A stretch of 37,325 bases of DNA from Octopus bimaculoides (GCF_001194135.2 NC_068981.1:126882914-126920238); one strand, 5' to 3'; shown: positions 11,905 to 24,207, counted from the stretch's first letter. Made by a program: numbers and translations. Notes: generated by a model not told the origin, from the letters alone.

Positions 11905-11934
11905 CTCTAGGGTTTTCATTTGTTATTAACAAAT

Positions 11935-12425
11935 GCATGGCTGTGGCAAAAAGTTTGCTTCCCAACCACATGGTTCCAGGTTCAGTCTTACTGTGTGGTG
12001 CCTTAGGCAAGCGTTGAAACTGTAGTCCCAAGCCAACCAAAGCATTATGAGTGGGTTTACTAGATGGAAACTGAAAGAAGCCCATTATGTATGTATGTGT
12101 GTGTGTTACTGTTTAAACATAATTCAATCTCCTACAAGTTTGATGCGAGTGTGGCTGTGTAGTAAGAAATTTGCTTCGAAACCAGAAGGCTGACCAAAGG
12201 CTAATGAATAGATTTGGTAGACAGAAACTTTGTGTGTGTGTCCCACCACTGTTTGACAATCTGTGTTGGTTTGTTTAAGTCCTTGTAACTTGGCAATTTG
12301 GCAAAAGAGACTGATAGAGCAAGTACTAGACTTTAAAAAAATAAGGACTGGAATCAATCTGTTTGACTAAAAACACTTTGAGGTGGTGCTCCAGCATGAC
12401 TACAATCCAATGACTAAAAAGTGAA
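11935..12425 (+). mobile_element. Two adjacent SINE family B copies
   Basis: TTGCTTCCCAACCACATGGTTCCAGGTTCAGTC...GGAAACTGAAAGAAGCCC head/body, then a second body ending GTGCTCCAGCATG..CAATGACT. Confidence 0.7.
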
Positions 12426-13064
12426 CGATGAAAGCTATTGTATACAGCACAGTCACCTCATCAGATTGCATGTGTTTCAGTTATGCTGCACGCATTCTCT
12501 TTGTGTGGTGGTTATGAGTCTAGCAATATTTTACACTGATCCATACTTTAAGTAAATCACACAAGTTCATGAATATATATTCAGTATCAAAACAGGTTGT
12601 GTAATAATACTATTTCTTTCCTATGCCCAACACCATATTAAGATCTTTGTGGTTATTTCTTGGAATTTTGTACTTTGACCTATTTATTATGAAGGTAATT
12701 CTTCTCATCTGTTATATGTGCATTAAATGTGCCAGTTGCATGAAAATCAAGATTATGACTGTTAACAGTGTTATCTTTGTGTTGTAGTATGATAGGTGGG
12801 AAGCTATTGTAATAGCTGCTAGTTGTCTTATGTATGTGTTAAGTATCGTTGTTGTTTTTCAAGTTATGTCAGTTTAAAGACGGATATCAAAACAGACATG
12901 TAAAAAAAATATGCACACATTTTGAGCATGCACACAAATTGGCTTCCACATAGTTTCTATTTATCAATCATTTACAAGGCTTTGATAGAACACATGTAAC
13001 CAAGATGCAATGCAAGCTAGTACTGAACTGAAAGCAAGGTTGTAAAGCAAACTTCTTTAGGTGC

Positions 13065-13198
13065 AGGCAAACTTGCTTCTTAACTACATAGTTCTGGTTT
13101 CAGTCCTGCTGCATGGCACCTTGGACAAGTATCTTCTATAGCCTTGGGCTGACCAAAGTTTTGTGAGTGGATTTGGTTGATGGAAACTGAAAAAAGCC

Positions 13199-13250
<52 letters not shown>

Positions 13251-13430
13251 TTGTGTGTCTTTGTGTCTGTGTTTGTTCCCCACCACCGCTTGACAACTGG
13301 TGTTGATGTGTTTACATTCCTTAACTTAGTGGTTCAGTAAAAGAGACCAAAAGAATAAAGGCCAGGTTTTAAAAAAATAAATACTGGAATTGATACATTT
13401 GACTAAAATGTCTAATGACTGGGACAAATA
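13065..13430 (+). mobile_element. SINE family B with internal (TA)n
   Basis: TTCAGTCCTGCTGCATGGCACCTTGGACAAGT..CTATAGCC..GACCAAAG..GTGAGTGGATTTGG..GGAAACTGAAAAAAGCCC, followed by a (TA)n run and the conserved 3' body. Confidence 0.75.
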
Positions 13431-14021
13431 AAATATAAAGGACACCTCCATGCCAGCATTTATTTAAAACATTTTTCAAGTGTTTATTTTATACTTTATC
13501 TTTGTAACCAGAGGAACTGTTACCATTAAAACTATGTTACCCCCTGAATTCTGACTTTAGATATAAATTAATAAATGATTTTTACATCAAGGTGAATTAA
13601 CTTGTCAGAATATCAAACAACATATTTTCATCTTGCTCAGATATAATTAAGGGTTTTCAGCAATAAAAGGGAACTTTTCAAAGGAAATACAAAATTAGAA
13701 TTGTACATTTACGCTTTTCCCATTGGTAATAGCAAAATAAATGAAATAGCTCAACTAAAATAAAAACTAACTCATCTTAGTTTATATCTGCTCTAGTGTT
13801 CAGCACATCTTATGAATAGAATTATTTAGCATTTGGGGTGGGGGGAGTTGAGTGGACAATACTGACCACCAATGTAGGCATCATATCAGCATCGATATTA
13901 GTATGACTTCAGTATGTCTGCAACATATCTCTATCGTCCTGTCCTCTATGGTTCGATGTTCTCCGAATGAACAACTAAAATCAATAGCACCAATGTTGTA
14001 CCTTTATTATATCATTAGCAT

Positions 14022-14230
14022 AAAGTGGCAAGCTGACAGAATTGTTAGCACACCAGACAAAATGCTTTGCAGCATTTCTTCCTGCTCTTTATATATGGTG
14101 CTCAAATCCCATCAAGGTCAACTTTACCTTTTGTTCTTTTGGGGTCAGCATAATAAAGTACCAGTCAGATACAGGGTCAATGTAATCAACTACCCCACCT
14201 CCTAAAATTGTTGTCCTTGCACCAAAATTT
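14022..14230 (+). mobile_element. tRNA-headed SINE (family A)
   Basis: GGCAAGCTGACAGAATTGTTAGCA..AAATGCTT..TCAAATCC..GTCAACTTTACCTTT..AAAGTACCAGT; near-collinear with 21281-21489. Confidence 0.7.
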
Positions 14231-14650
14231 CATTACCATGGTATGAAGTTGTACTTCTGACTATTTTGAAGGTTAGCATCCCAGCATATCCATAACTGAA
14301 ATAGTACGCTAAGGAGAAAGTTTGTAATCATTTTGATTAATTCAAATTTCTGCCTCCTGATACTATGGTAATCAGTTGATAGGACAATGTTTAGAGATGT
14401 AATAACGAAGAAGTTAAAAATCACTGTTTCTGTTATGTATGATTTTGTTCCATTCAGATAATCTTTAAAGCAAACTATAACTATGTATAATAGAAAGATT
14501 ATGATGTTAATGAGAGAAGTGTTGATTGTTTTGTTTTAAATTTATTTTTAATATATATCTTTTCCTCATGAAATATTAGACATCAGTTTGGCTGTGTGGA
14601 AAGAAGTTTACTGAAACCTTGTGAATGGATTTGATAAACTGAAATTAATA

Positions 14651-15872
14651 TTAGGTTGGAAACAAAGTTCTCACATAACTTTTATTAACAATGCAGTAAA
14701 AAGCACATATCAAACATTAATATAGTCACCATTATTTTTTAATATTTGCTCCCAACAATGGGATAGATCATAGATACCTTTACTGTAAAATTCAACTGGT
14801 TTGCTATCGAAGAACTTGGCAAGTTTCCAACTGCAGTTTTCAGTTCATCATCAGTTGTGGATGTTTTGTCATTCAAGAAGTTTTGCAGTGCCCAGAATAG
14901 GTAGTAGTCTGTTGGCACCAAGTCAGACATGTAAGGTGGGTCAGGGAGAGCGTCCCACTCCAGCTCCAGAAGTTTTTCATGGGTAAGATTTGCTACGTGT
15001 AGTCAGGCGTTATCATGAAGCAACATGACATCAGTCAATTCTGGACGTTTTTATGCAATCATGTCTGCCACCCATTACAGTTGTTGACAGTATATTTGAG
15101 TGTTGGTGGTCTGATTGTGTTTCAACATTTTCCAGTGAATCACACTCTTCACATCCCACCAGACACAAACCATGAGCTGCTTTTGATGCAGGTCGGCCTT
15201 TGCCTGAGGTTATGCAGTTGCACCCTTGTCTGTCCAGCTTCTTTTGCATGTCATGTTTGAGTACAGACATCATTTCTCATCTGCAGTAACCACTTTGTTC
15301 AGCCAATCAAAATAACACTTCTTGGACAGTAGTGTCATGCAGGTGTCTATGCAGTGTTGATGGTCAAAGTCAGTCATTTTATGTGGGACCCATACCTCCA
15401 TTTTGCTGACTTTGCCCATTTCCTCCAAGTGATGCAAAATGGCTGTATAGCTGATGCCAAACTTATCAGTCAGCTTGTGTGACATCAGGTGCGGATCAGC
15501 TTTGACACAGGCACACAGTCATTGTCAATAAGTGAGGGTCGACCACTTCTTGGCTGATCTTGGAATCGAATTGGCCACACTGAAACTTCTTAAACCAATT
15601 GTAGGCTGTGCAACAACCAGCTGTGTCTTTTGTATCTTCTCCAAATGCTTGGTTGATATAACATTGCATTTAGGTCGGACTTGTAACCATACAGTGACAA
15701 AGTACATAGCTGTTCACAAAAGTGAGTGAGTCATTTGCTGGGTCATTTTTCAAACTTAAGCTCTGAAATGATAAAAATATTCAATCAAAAGATATTGCAT
15801 TTACTTATATATAAATCAATAAATAAATAAACGTATATAAAAAGTTGTGCAGGAACCTTGTTTCCAACCTAA
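14651..15872 (-). mobile_element. Mariner (DD34D) transposon, near full length, decayed
   Basis: TIRs TTAGGTTGGAAACAAAG / CTTGTTTCCAACCTAA, with TA on the left. Motifs WVPHKM, VVTADEK, LLHDNA and PYMSDLVPTDYYLF; 34 residues counted between the 2nd and 3rd Asp. Confidence 0.93.
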
Positions 15873-15876
15873 GCCC

Positions 15877-15909
<33 letters not shown>

Positions 15910-15910
<1 letters not shown>

Positions 15911-16148
15911 ACTGTCTCTTTGCCTTGGCATCTTGTGATAGTTGTCATTGTCATGCAAGCAGTGTCCTTCGTTTCTAATTTTCCATGAGACCATATCTAG
16001 TCAAGGGTAAATATTACCTTACTTGAAAACAGGTGAGGGTTAGTGACAGGAAGGGCATCCAGTCATAGAAGACCCAACTGAACTAATCCCAGCCAACCCA
16101 TGTGAGCATGGAAAGGGAACATTAAAACAATAATGACGATGATGATCA
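15910..16148 (+). mobile_element. SINE 3' body with RTE-like tail
   Basis: GACAGGAAGGGCATCCAG..AACCCATGTGAGCATGGAAA..(GAT)n; a reverse copy lies at about 23500-23735. Confidence 0.6.
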
Positions 16149-16900
16149 TGAAATAGTAGGTTCTCATGCTGGAGATAAAAAGACATTTGATTATGAGATC
16201 TATTAACATTCTTTGAATAACATAATCCTTATTTGCCTTAGATAAATAATGTTAATTGTTAAATTTGGAATGACATTGTTTATTCAGGAATCTTAAAAAA
16301 TCTAACTAGAAATAATTATTTAAAAAAACATTGTTTTATTTATGACATAAATTAAAGAACTGAGAATTTGGTATTCATCCGGATATATTTGAATCATACC
16401 AATCTTCTAATAATTCATTTTTGTCCCAGCTGATAATTTGTGGGTAGATTTTGTTAATATTCATCCTTATTGATCCTATAAAGGAGTAATATATGTAGAG
16501 TTCTCACAATAATAATTTCAATTTTTAATCTTGTTTACAAATGTCCTGTTTTAGCACTACATCTATTTCCTCAGTTCAACTATGTGTCTTTCTTTGTTCA
16601 AGCTTTATTAAACACAACATAACATTCCTAGCTTCATAGCAACAATTTTTTTTTTTAATTAACACAATCAGTGTCAATGTAATACCATACTTTACATGAG
16701 ATTCTTTTACATAAGCTTACAATATCATAGCATCACATACCCTATATTGACAGTAGCATACTCTATAATGATATAGTAACACAGGCTTTGTATTAATGTC
16801 ATTATATCTCATGGCCTGTATTTATATCATAGTCACATAACCTATAATGTTATATTGACCACGTGAATATCACATTGCTATCAAAATGTATAGTCAATAT

Positions 16901-17044
16901 CAGCCATGGTCAATCTGCAGACCAAGAGACTTTGTGAATGGCGCCTTCAGTGAAAAATAACCTTGACTTTTTTTACTAGTAGGCCCACCTAATGATAAAC
17001 AATGCCCCTGCAGCCCACTTCTCAAAAAAAGTTGCCCATTTCTG
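16901..17044. mobile_element. Small hAT-type MITE
   Basis: Imperfect TIRs CAGCCATGGTCAATCT / AAGTTGCCCATTTCTG; flanks GTCAATAT / GTCTTTAT (6/8 identical, TSD-like). Confidence 0.5.
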
Positions 17045-17169
17045 GTCTTTATTCTTATCTTGGTGTCATGTAGTCTGCATTGAAGTTCATATAGGTATTA
17101 TGATATTTTGATAGTAACTTATAGCATAATATCATATAGTCTATTTGATATGGTTCCATAGCCTGTATT

Positions 17170-17232
17170 GTCACATAGTCTGTATTGATTCAGTAGTGTC
17201 ACATAGTCTGTATTGATTCAGTAGTGTCACAT
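17170..17232. repeat. 28-bp perfect tandem duplication within a degenerate minisatellite
   Basis: GTCACATAGTCTGTATTGATTCAGTAGT x2, plus GTCACAT. Confidence 0.9.
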
Positions 17233-17689
17233 GTTCCTTTCTCACAATACCAGTTTCCCTATTTGTGTCATAATACCATGTGTTCTGTTGGTGCCATGTT
17301 TTCACATGCCATAGTGCCACATGCACAAAACCTGCCATACATATTCAACCTTTGCTTCATGCTACTCAAACACTGATTCTCTTCCTGAACCTCACACTCC
17401 TTTATATGTAATGATATCATTGTCATATAGAGCTCACTCCTGTCTTATGAGTTTCCATAATAAAGCACCAATCTCCAATTCTCAAAGATCCTACACATTA
17501 AGTGAAAAGTGCTGTTGTTGTTATCATCACTTGAATTTTGGTTTACCTCAATCAGTAGGTGACCTTGTATAAATTTCTATTGCATAATATAACTTTACGT
17601 ACCCTTGTAGATAAATGTGTGTGTGTGGTTGGTATATTTGAAATCAACTCAGTTGTGATGTATAAATATCGAAAATAGTATCTGACCCT

Positions 17690-18112
17690 TCTGGGGGTGT
17701 AAAGCACTCATGATGGTGCCATGTAAAAGTGCCTTTGCTGTGCCCCATAAAAGCACCCATGTAGTACCCCATAAAAGCACAGTACAGTGTCACATAAAAG
17801 CACCCATGCAGTGCCATATAAAAGCACCTGTGCTGTGTCATGTAAAAATGCCTATGCAGTGTCACATAAAAGCACTTGTATGGTGCCATGTAAAAGTGCC
17901 CATGTAGTACCACATAAAAGCACTCATACAGTATCACACAAAAGCACCCAGCACACTCTGTAAAGTGGTTGGCATTAGGAAGGGCATCCAACCATTGAAA
18001 CCATGCCAAATCAGACTGGAGTCTGGTGCAACCCCACCAGCTTACCAGCCCTGGTCACACCGTTCAACCCATGCCAGCATGGACAATAGATGTTAAATGT
18101 TGATGATGATGA
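17690..18112 (+). mobile_element. SINE family C with about 10 copies of a 24-bp internal unit
   Basis: Unit GTGCCATGTAAAAGCACCCATGCA-like repeated at about 17710-17950, followed by the family C tail and (GAT)n. Confidence 0.8.
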
Positions 18113-18476
18113 GAATGATTTCTTTGTAGAATGTAGTTTTGATCTATGAACCTCTGAATTATGGACCCAGCATACTTCCACTGCTCCAATCTACTCAAAG
18201 AGTGATTAAGACAAATATATACTGTATTATTTCCTGTTTTCTATTCCCATTTTCATTACTTCTGTTACATCATCCACCATGTTATTTATTTATTTCTATG
18301 CATTGGATTGTGTTAAATGTACGAAATACGATAACTGTACAAGACTGCATTACTAAGATGTTAATTTACCTACTGAAATACATTACACTCTATCAATACA
18401 CTGCAAACCACATTTGATAAACCATATGCATAAATCTATGCATTGCAAATTTTTCTGGGTGTCTCTTCATTTCCAG

Positions 18477-18529
18477 ATCAGACAGACGCAAACCAATTCT
18501 ATAAATGTTTCTCTAGTGCAGTGTAGCAA
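18477..18529 (+). CDS. PHETA1: Candidate coding exon 2 of the Sesquipedalian gene (53 nt, IRQTQTNSINVSLVQCS+aa)
   Basis: Acceptor TTTTTCTGGGTGTCTCTTCATTTCCAG and donor CAA|GTAAGA. It is open in phase 0 (matching exon 1) and ends in phase 2 (matching the 20542 microexon). It lies in non-repetitive sequence. No homology or transcript support. Confidence 0.5.
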
Positions 18530-18908
18530 GTAAGATTGCTAGGCCGTATTAATTATACTGATTTCTCTCACCCCTCTTTTTTTTTTTTTTTAATACTCTT
18601 TACAGAAAATTAAAACATTATTTTGTCTCTGACATCTGATAAAAGGAAAGCAATGGTTTCTTGTATATTTATCCATGTTGCTGTCCATGTCTGGATATTA
18701 AAAGAATTAATGTTCTTGGTTATAAGTTATTGATTCCATTGTGTCCTAATGTAATCTAATCTTTTTTTTAACTTTTAATTGCTATACTGTGTCAGCTATT
18801 CCTTCCATTAATGTAAGATGAACTATACTCAACAATCTGAGATTAACCAAATTTAACATATTCCATCCCCTTCTTTAATAGATATCAGCTTTCACTCACT
18901 ATCACAAC

Positions 18909-19017
18909 NNNNNNNNNNNNNNNNNNNNNNNNNNNNNNNNNNNNNNNNNNNNNNNNNNNNNNNNNNNNNNNNNNNNNNNNNNNNNNNNNNNNNNNNNNNN
19001 NNNNNNNNNNNNNNNNN
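18909..19017. other. Assembly gap
   Basis: Run of N. Confidence 1.
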
Positions 19018-19298
19018 ACTTATTCTATCAGTCTCTTTTACTGAACCGCTAAGTTGCGGGGACGTAAACACACCAGCATCAGTTGTCAAGCGATGTTGGG
19101 GGGACAAACATACACACACACACATATATATATACATGTATACAACGGGCTTCTTTCAGTTTCCGTCTACCAAATCCACTCACAAGGCTTTGGTCGGCCC
19201 GAGGCTATAGTAGAAGACACTTGCCCAAGGTGCCACACAGTGGGACTGAACCCAGAACCATGTGGTTGGTAAGCAAGCTACTTACCACACAGCCACAG
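19018..19298 (-). mobile_element. SINE family B, well preserved
   Basis: GGGCTTCTTTCAGTTTCCGTCTACCAAATCCACTCACAAGGCTTTGGTCGGCCCGAGGCTATAGTAGAAGACACTTGCCCAAGGTGCC is the reverse complement of family B. Confidence 0.85.
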
Positions 19299-19582
19299 TT
19301 GTGATGGAAATGAACACAGTTTGGGTTATTTGCACCTAAAATATGATTCTGGATGTCCCAGAAATATTTTGTTTCATATCAGAACACTTTATTCTACTTT
19401 ACCTTAGTTCACCATAGCTGTCTGGAATAGGTGCCAGCTCTATCTGGGAAAGTTAATTGTAATACACTTGTTGTGTCAAAGGAAAGGTTTCCCTCTCATC
19501 TGCTTCTGGGCTAGGCCCTGGACTTGAAGACTCTTATAACTTTGGAGGTATTTTTATTACATTTACTTACTTACCCATTACA

Positions 19583-19759
19583 TTTACTCTTTAGCATTAA
19601 TTTAAACTAACCATATCCAGCCCAAATAGTCTCTTCATTTTATGTAAAAAAAAACAAAAAAACAGCCAGATCTGGCCTACCCTACAATATCATTCTAAAA
19701 GTAAATAATCACATCAATGAACTCTCAAAGCTGCTAGATTCTGAATGCTAAAGAGTTAA
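19583..19759 (-). mobile_element. TTAA-MITE family 1, reverse orientation, internally deleted
   Basis: CTCTTTAGCATT...CTGAATGCTAAAGAG-TTAA; the interior is the reverse complement of the 8885 copy. Confidence 0.75.
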
Positions 19760-20541
19760 CTGCTTAAAACACTCCCTATCTAACATTTAGCACTGACTGC
19801 TTTTTTGTCTTTAACATTTCATTTATTACTGCATGTTTGGGCGATATTTGCTAGTTTCAGGCTGTTGACACCTCTCTTCAATCAGGAGAAAAATAGCTTT
19901 TTCTAGGAAAATTTCACAATTTTGGATAAATCTACTATTGCTATGGAGAAATGCAAGTCGGACTGTTTCAAGCATAGGAGTTTTGACTTTTTTTTTTTTT
20001 TTTCATATTAGCTGTCTTAATGCCATGTGCCTTATTGGTATCATTGTGTCTTTGGTATAATTAAAGTGAATATGAAACAGTTAAAGACATAATAAATTAG
20101 TCTCTTATTCCTGAACCCTACCTCTTTTGTCATTTGATATTGTTTATGTTTGTTCATGCATTGTTTACCTTCCTCACTGCTTCAACTTAAACCATTTTCC
20201 CTTTTCTTGTATATCTCATTGTGATTCTAGATGACATATCTATCTTGATTTTACTAATGATGGCTACGTTATCTTTATTTTGGTTTTAAAAAAATTACCA
20301 ATCCCTTCACTATTTCTATTTTTATTTATTTTATTTGTTTTTATAATCTTATGGTTTTTCTTGGCAAGACTAACATTGCTTTTAAAGCTATAATCCCAAA
20401 ATGTAGTTTACATTGCATTCATCATCGGGAGCACAGATGCCTGCTTGCAGTTTGCTCCCCTTCCTACCACCCCTTTTTTTTTTTTCATTTTTTTAAATCA
20501 TGCTAACACTAATTGATTAACAATTTCCCCTTTACTAACAG

Positions 20542-20563
20542 AATGAAACTAAATAGTAACGAT
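20542..20563 (+). CDS. PHETA1: Candidate 22-nt microexon (K)MKLNSND; an alternative donor at 20577 adds VSI-stop
   Basis: Branch-point-like acceptor CCCCTTTACTAACAG, with donors GAT|GTGAGT (20564) and AAG|GTAAGT (20577). Only the phase-2 entry frame is open, which fits the preceding candidate exon. Confidence 0.5.
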
Positions 20564-21280
20564 GTGAGTATTTAAGGTAAGTAAGCTTAATTGCCTTTTC
20601 GTAATAACATTTACGAAAAGAATTTTCCTTATTGTTGTGAGCAAAAGGCATGCCTAGAATCATTTTTTTTTTCAGTGACTTGTTTTTGTTAAGGTCACAT
20701 CTTTCAGTTGTTTATCCCATTATTCAGTTGGCTGCTTCTTAACAAAGCATCACCAAAGATATCTGAAAGTTTTGTTTGTTTTTTCCCCATTTCTTGAACT
20801 GTTTTCAAAGACATAATTTAATGCTGTGTGTAATAAGTGCACGCTATTTAGCTGGTTCTCTATCTTGCAGTCAGATCTCTTCCTCTAAATTACCATAATT
20901 CACTGTTTGGCTTTCCAGTTCCAAAAGATTACTGCTGCTATCTATCTGTCTATCTATTTTTATGTATTTAACCATGTATAACAGCAAAAGATGTAGACCC
21001 CAATATCATTAGAAACAGAGGGCTAAATTTATTAAATGACAAAAGTATGGAACACTAACCATCAGGACTCTGAGTTGCAGTGCAGCTATTATGAAATTCC
21101 TGCACAGAAACTCAGTCTTGAATGTAAGTATTTTCTACCTGTGACATTTGATATGTTTATATATGTATGTGTGTGTGCATGGAGATTTATATATATATAT
21201 AAAATAATCTACTTCATACTTAAAAAGTTATTACAACATTTTGCCTCTACCAAGCTCATCATCATCATCATTACTATTTA

Positions 21281-21489
21281 AGGCAGCAAGCTGGCAGAAT
21301 TGATACAGTGCTGGGAAAAATGCTTAGTAACATTTTGTCTCTCTTTACGTCCTGAGTTTAAATTCTATTGGGGTCAACTTTACCTTTCATCCTTTTGTGG
21401 GTCAATAAAATAAATACCACTTGAACTTGGTCAACATAATCGACTTATTCCTCCCCCAAAATTGCTGGCCTTGTGCCAAATTTGAAACC
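21281..21489 (+). mobile_element. tRNA-headed SINE (family A)
   Basis: GGCAGCAAGCTGGCAGAAT..AAATGCTTAG..CTGAGTTTAAATTC..CAACTTTACCTTTCATCC..AAATTGCTGGCCTTGTGCC. Confidence 0.75.
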
Positions 21490-21584
21490 ATTATTATTAT
21501 TATTATTTTAGTAAATGCTAAAAACATACTTAAATTAATCAGAGCTTAGATGTTAACTCATGTATATATACGTATATATATAAG

Positions 21585-21990
21585 CGTGGCCAATGCCAGT
21601 ACCACCTGATTGGCCCTCATGCCGGTGGCATGTAAAAGCACTCACTACACTCTCAGAGTGGAAGGGCATCCAGCTGCAGAAACTTTGCCAGATCAGATTG
21701 GAGCCTGGTGCAGCCTTCTGGCTGGCCATCATGAAAAGCAGATGTTAAACGATGATGATATATATATAGTGGTGTGGAAAGTAGAACACACACACATATA
21801 CATAGTGATGGTGCCACAAAAAAGTACCCAGTACACTCTGGAAAGTGGTTGGTTTTAGGAAGGGCATCCAACTTTTGAATCTATGCCAAAGCACTCATTG
21901 GATCCCAGTACAGAACTCGGGCTTATTGGTTCCTATTAAATTGTACAATCCATGCTGTGAGGGAAAATGGGATATAAAATTATGATTGTA
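21585..21990 (+). mobile_element. Two tandem family C SINE copies
   Basis: Repeated GAAGGGCATCCA..CCATG..GAAAA..(GAT)n tails. Confidence 0.65.
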
Positions 21991-22915
21991 GGTAGATAGA
22001 TAGATTTGGTGTTATGCAAAATAAAACACACACAATTGTGCATGTGCACATGCACACACACGCACCATTTTCTGTTGCCTTCACTAGATCCAAGACCTAA
22101 GAGAAATGGGAATGCTGAAGTAATGGCATATATGCTTTTCCTAATGGTATCAGCATTATTAAGAAGCTACCACCTCTCATGGGGATCATAGACTCAACCA
22201 CGTTACAGATTTTACTTGTACAACATCTGCTGCTGTAATAATCATGCAATGTTGCCTCTTAGTGTATTAAATCTATGAAATTTAAGATACTGCAGATATA
22301 AAATTGGATGCGGATTCTAATAGTGTTTGATTACCACAAGACTATGTTAGCTCAAGATTTACTGATAGTTTTGTTATGTTATCATAAACCAAATTGAATA
22401 AAGCTAATGAACATGGTGTGCTTTATATGATGTTGCTTATTGCTGCTTGGCCTCTTTGGGGAAAAATACTATGAAACAGTCAGTCAGGAAGAATTTTAGA
22501 AGATACTTAATCATTAAGTATATGATAGTATCTTATGAGGATTTCCTTGATTTTTCTCAGAATTGCATCTGATACTGGGATATTTTAAATTTAAAACTTC
22601 TCTTTTCATCTTCATGGAGATTACAAAATCCTTCTTAATACACTGTGTAACAAATTTGTATTTTTTGAGCATGTTCCTTAGTGGCTGACAATATGTGCAT
22701 CTCTGATCATGAGCAAGAGTAGTGAGAGATTATCATAGCCATGTGTTGAGAGGGATACTTTGAGGTTTGATTAAATGTAACAAAAGAAGTGAGGTGCAAT
22801 CTTATTGACAAGTTAGCAATTTTAAAAGCAGATAACTCATAGGACCATTTTTAAAAAGCCATATTTTAATAAGTAGTTCAGAAATAATTGGATCTCATCA
22901 GAATGGTATGTATTT

Positions 22916-23104
22916 TTAACCCTTTTGTTACTGTATATCTTTTGAGATGCTCTGTATTTCTTTTGATTAATTTTAAATATAACAAAGAATTTAGTAAAAT
23001 GACTAAGGTTTGATGGAAGATTTTAACTCAAAACTTATGAAAACTAGATATTTGTACTACAGAGCCAGATGTGGTTTCAGCCGGATTGGTATTAAAAGGG
23101 TTAA
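22916..23104. mobile_element. TTAA-flanked piggyBac-type MITE, family 2
   Basis: TTAA-CCCTTTTGTTAC...GTATTAAAAGGG-TTAA; the interior is unrelated to family 1. Confidence 0.75.
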
Positions 23105-23134
23105 ACTAGCATTCACTTAGATATATGTTGCACA

Positions 23135-23890
23135 TCCATGTTCCATGCTAGCATGGATTGGATGATTTGACAAGATCCAATGAGTCTAAGGACTGCATCA
23201 TACTCCAGTGTCTGCTTTGGTATGGTTTCTATGGCTGGATGCCCTTCCTCATGCCAATCATTTTACAGTATGTCTTGGATGCTTTTCTCATGCTACTGGC
23301 ATTAGTGAGGTTGCCATACAGCTTGCAAGTCTGTGAAGCCCAAGGGGAAAGGTTTTATGCTGATGAGGGTTAAGGTATGAGATAAGGGGGTGAGGCAGAG
23401 CAGATTCTTGTTGTAGGGGAGCTACATGGTATCCATAGGTATCCATATGTGTTTATATATACATATGTATATCTTTCTATCAATAGATAGATAGATCATC
23501 AGTAGCAGCATTTTAATGTCCACTTTTACATGCTTATATGGTTCAGATGAAGTTTATTGAGGCAGATTTTCTACAGCTACATGTCCTTCCTATTGCTAAC
23601 CCTCACCTATTTTCAAGTAAGGTAATATTTCCCCATGGCCAGACATGTTTATGTAGCATGTTGGAAATGAATGACACTGCCTGTATGACAGTGACACTCA
23701 TTTACAGCAATCACATGATGTCAAGATAAGGAGGTGCACATATATGTATGTATATAATGGACTTCTTTTAGTTCCATTCACCAAATCAATTCTCAAAGCT
23801 TTGGTCAACCTGAAGCTTTAATAGAAGATACTTATCCAAGGTGTCATGCAGTGGGACTGAACCTAAAACCATGTTGCTGGGAATCTCTAT
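23135..23890 (-). mobile_element. Cluster of reverse-oriented SINEs (families C and B)
   Basis: CCATGCTAGCATGG..GGCTGGATGCCCTTCC (about 23135-23330), CAGATTTTCTACAGCTACATGTCCTTCC (about 23500-23735) and CCAAGGTGTCATGCAGTGGGACTGAACC (about 23755-23890). Confidence 0.65.
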
Positions 23891-23896
23891 ATAAAC

Positions 23897-23897
<1 letters not shown>

Positions 23898-23989
<92 letters not shown>
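23898..23989. repeat. (TA)n(CA)n compound microsatellite
   Basis: Directly visible. Confidence 0.97.
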
Positions 23990-23994
<5 letters not shown>

Positions 23995-24207
23995 AAAGTA
24001 TGGGGGTTTAGTTCACAGGTGATCTTAACGATTAGGTAAGTGCTGAAACGGATTATTAGGGCTCCAGGGTTATAGCCGAGATGGTAGTTATGGAGCCATG
24101 GCAGATTTCCGATGCAGTGGATATATCATTGTTAAACAGGACAGCAAACATTAAGGCAAGGCAAACATCTCAACTCGTAAATAATATTATTGTTGGAAAA
24201 AATTCAA

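Noticed and set aside
12788-12831. Alternative phase 0-to-2 exon candidate (YDRWEAIVIAASCL)
   Set aside because: Frame-compatible, but the splice signals are weaker than at 18477 and there is no homology. It shows such candidates can arise by chance.
14022-14110. tRNA-like A/B box sequence (also at 21281 and 33070)
   Set aside because: SINE heads; no complete cloverleaf could be built.
17700-17950. CRISPR-like periodic array
   Set aside because: Contiguous diverged tandem units without unique spacers, in a eukaryotic SINE, with no cas genes.
20543-20563. Microexon peptide MKLNSND resembles the Ses N-terminus (MKLNERS/MKINEKS)
   Set aside because: Only 4 residues match and no PH sequence follows; most likely coincidence.
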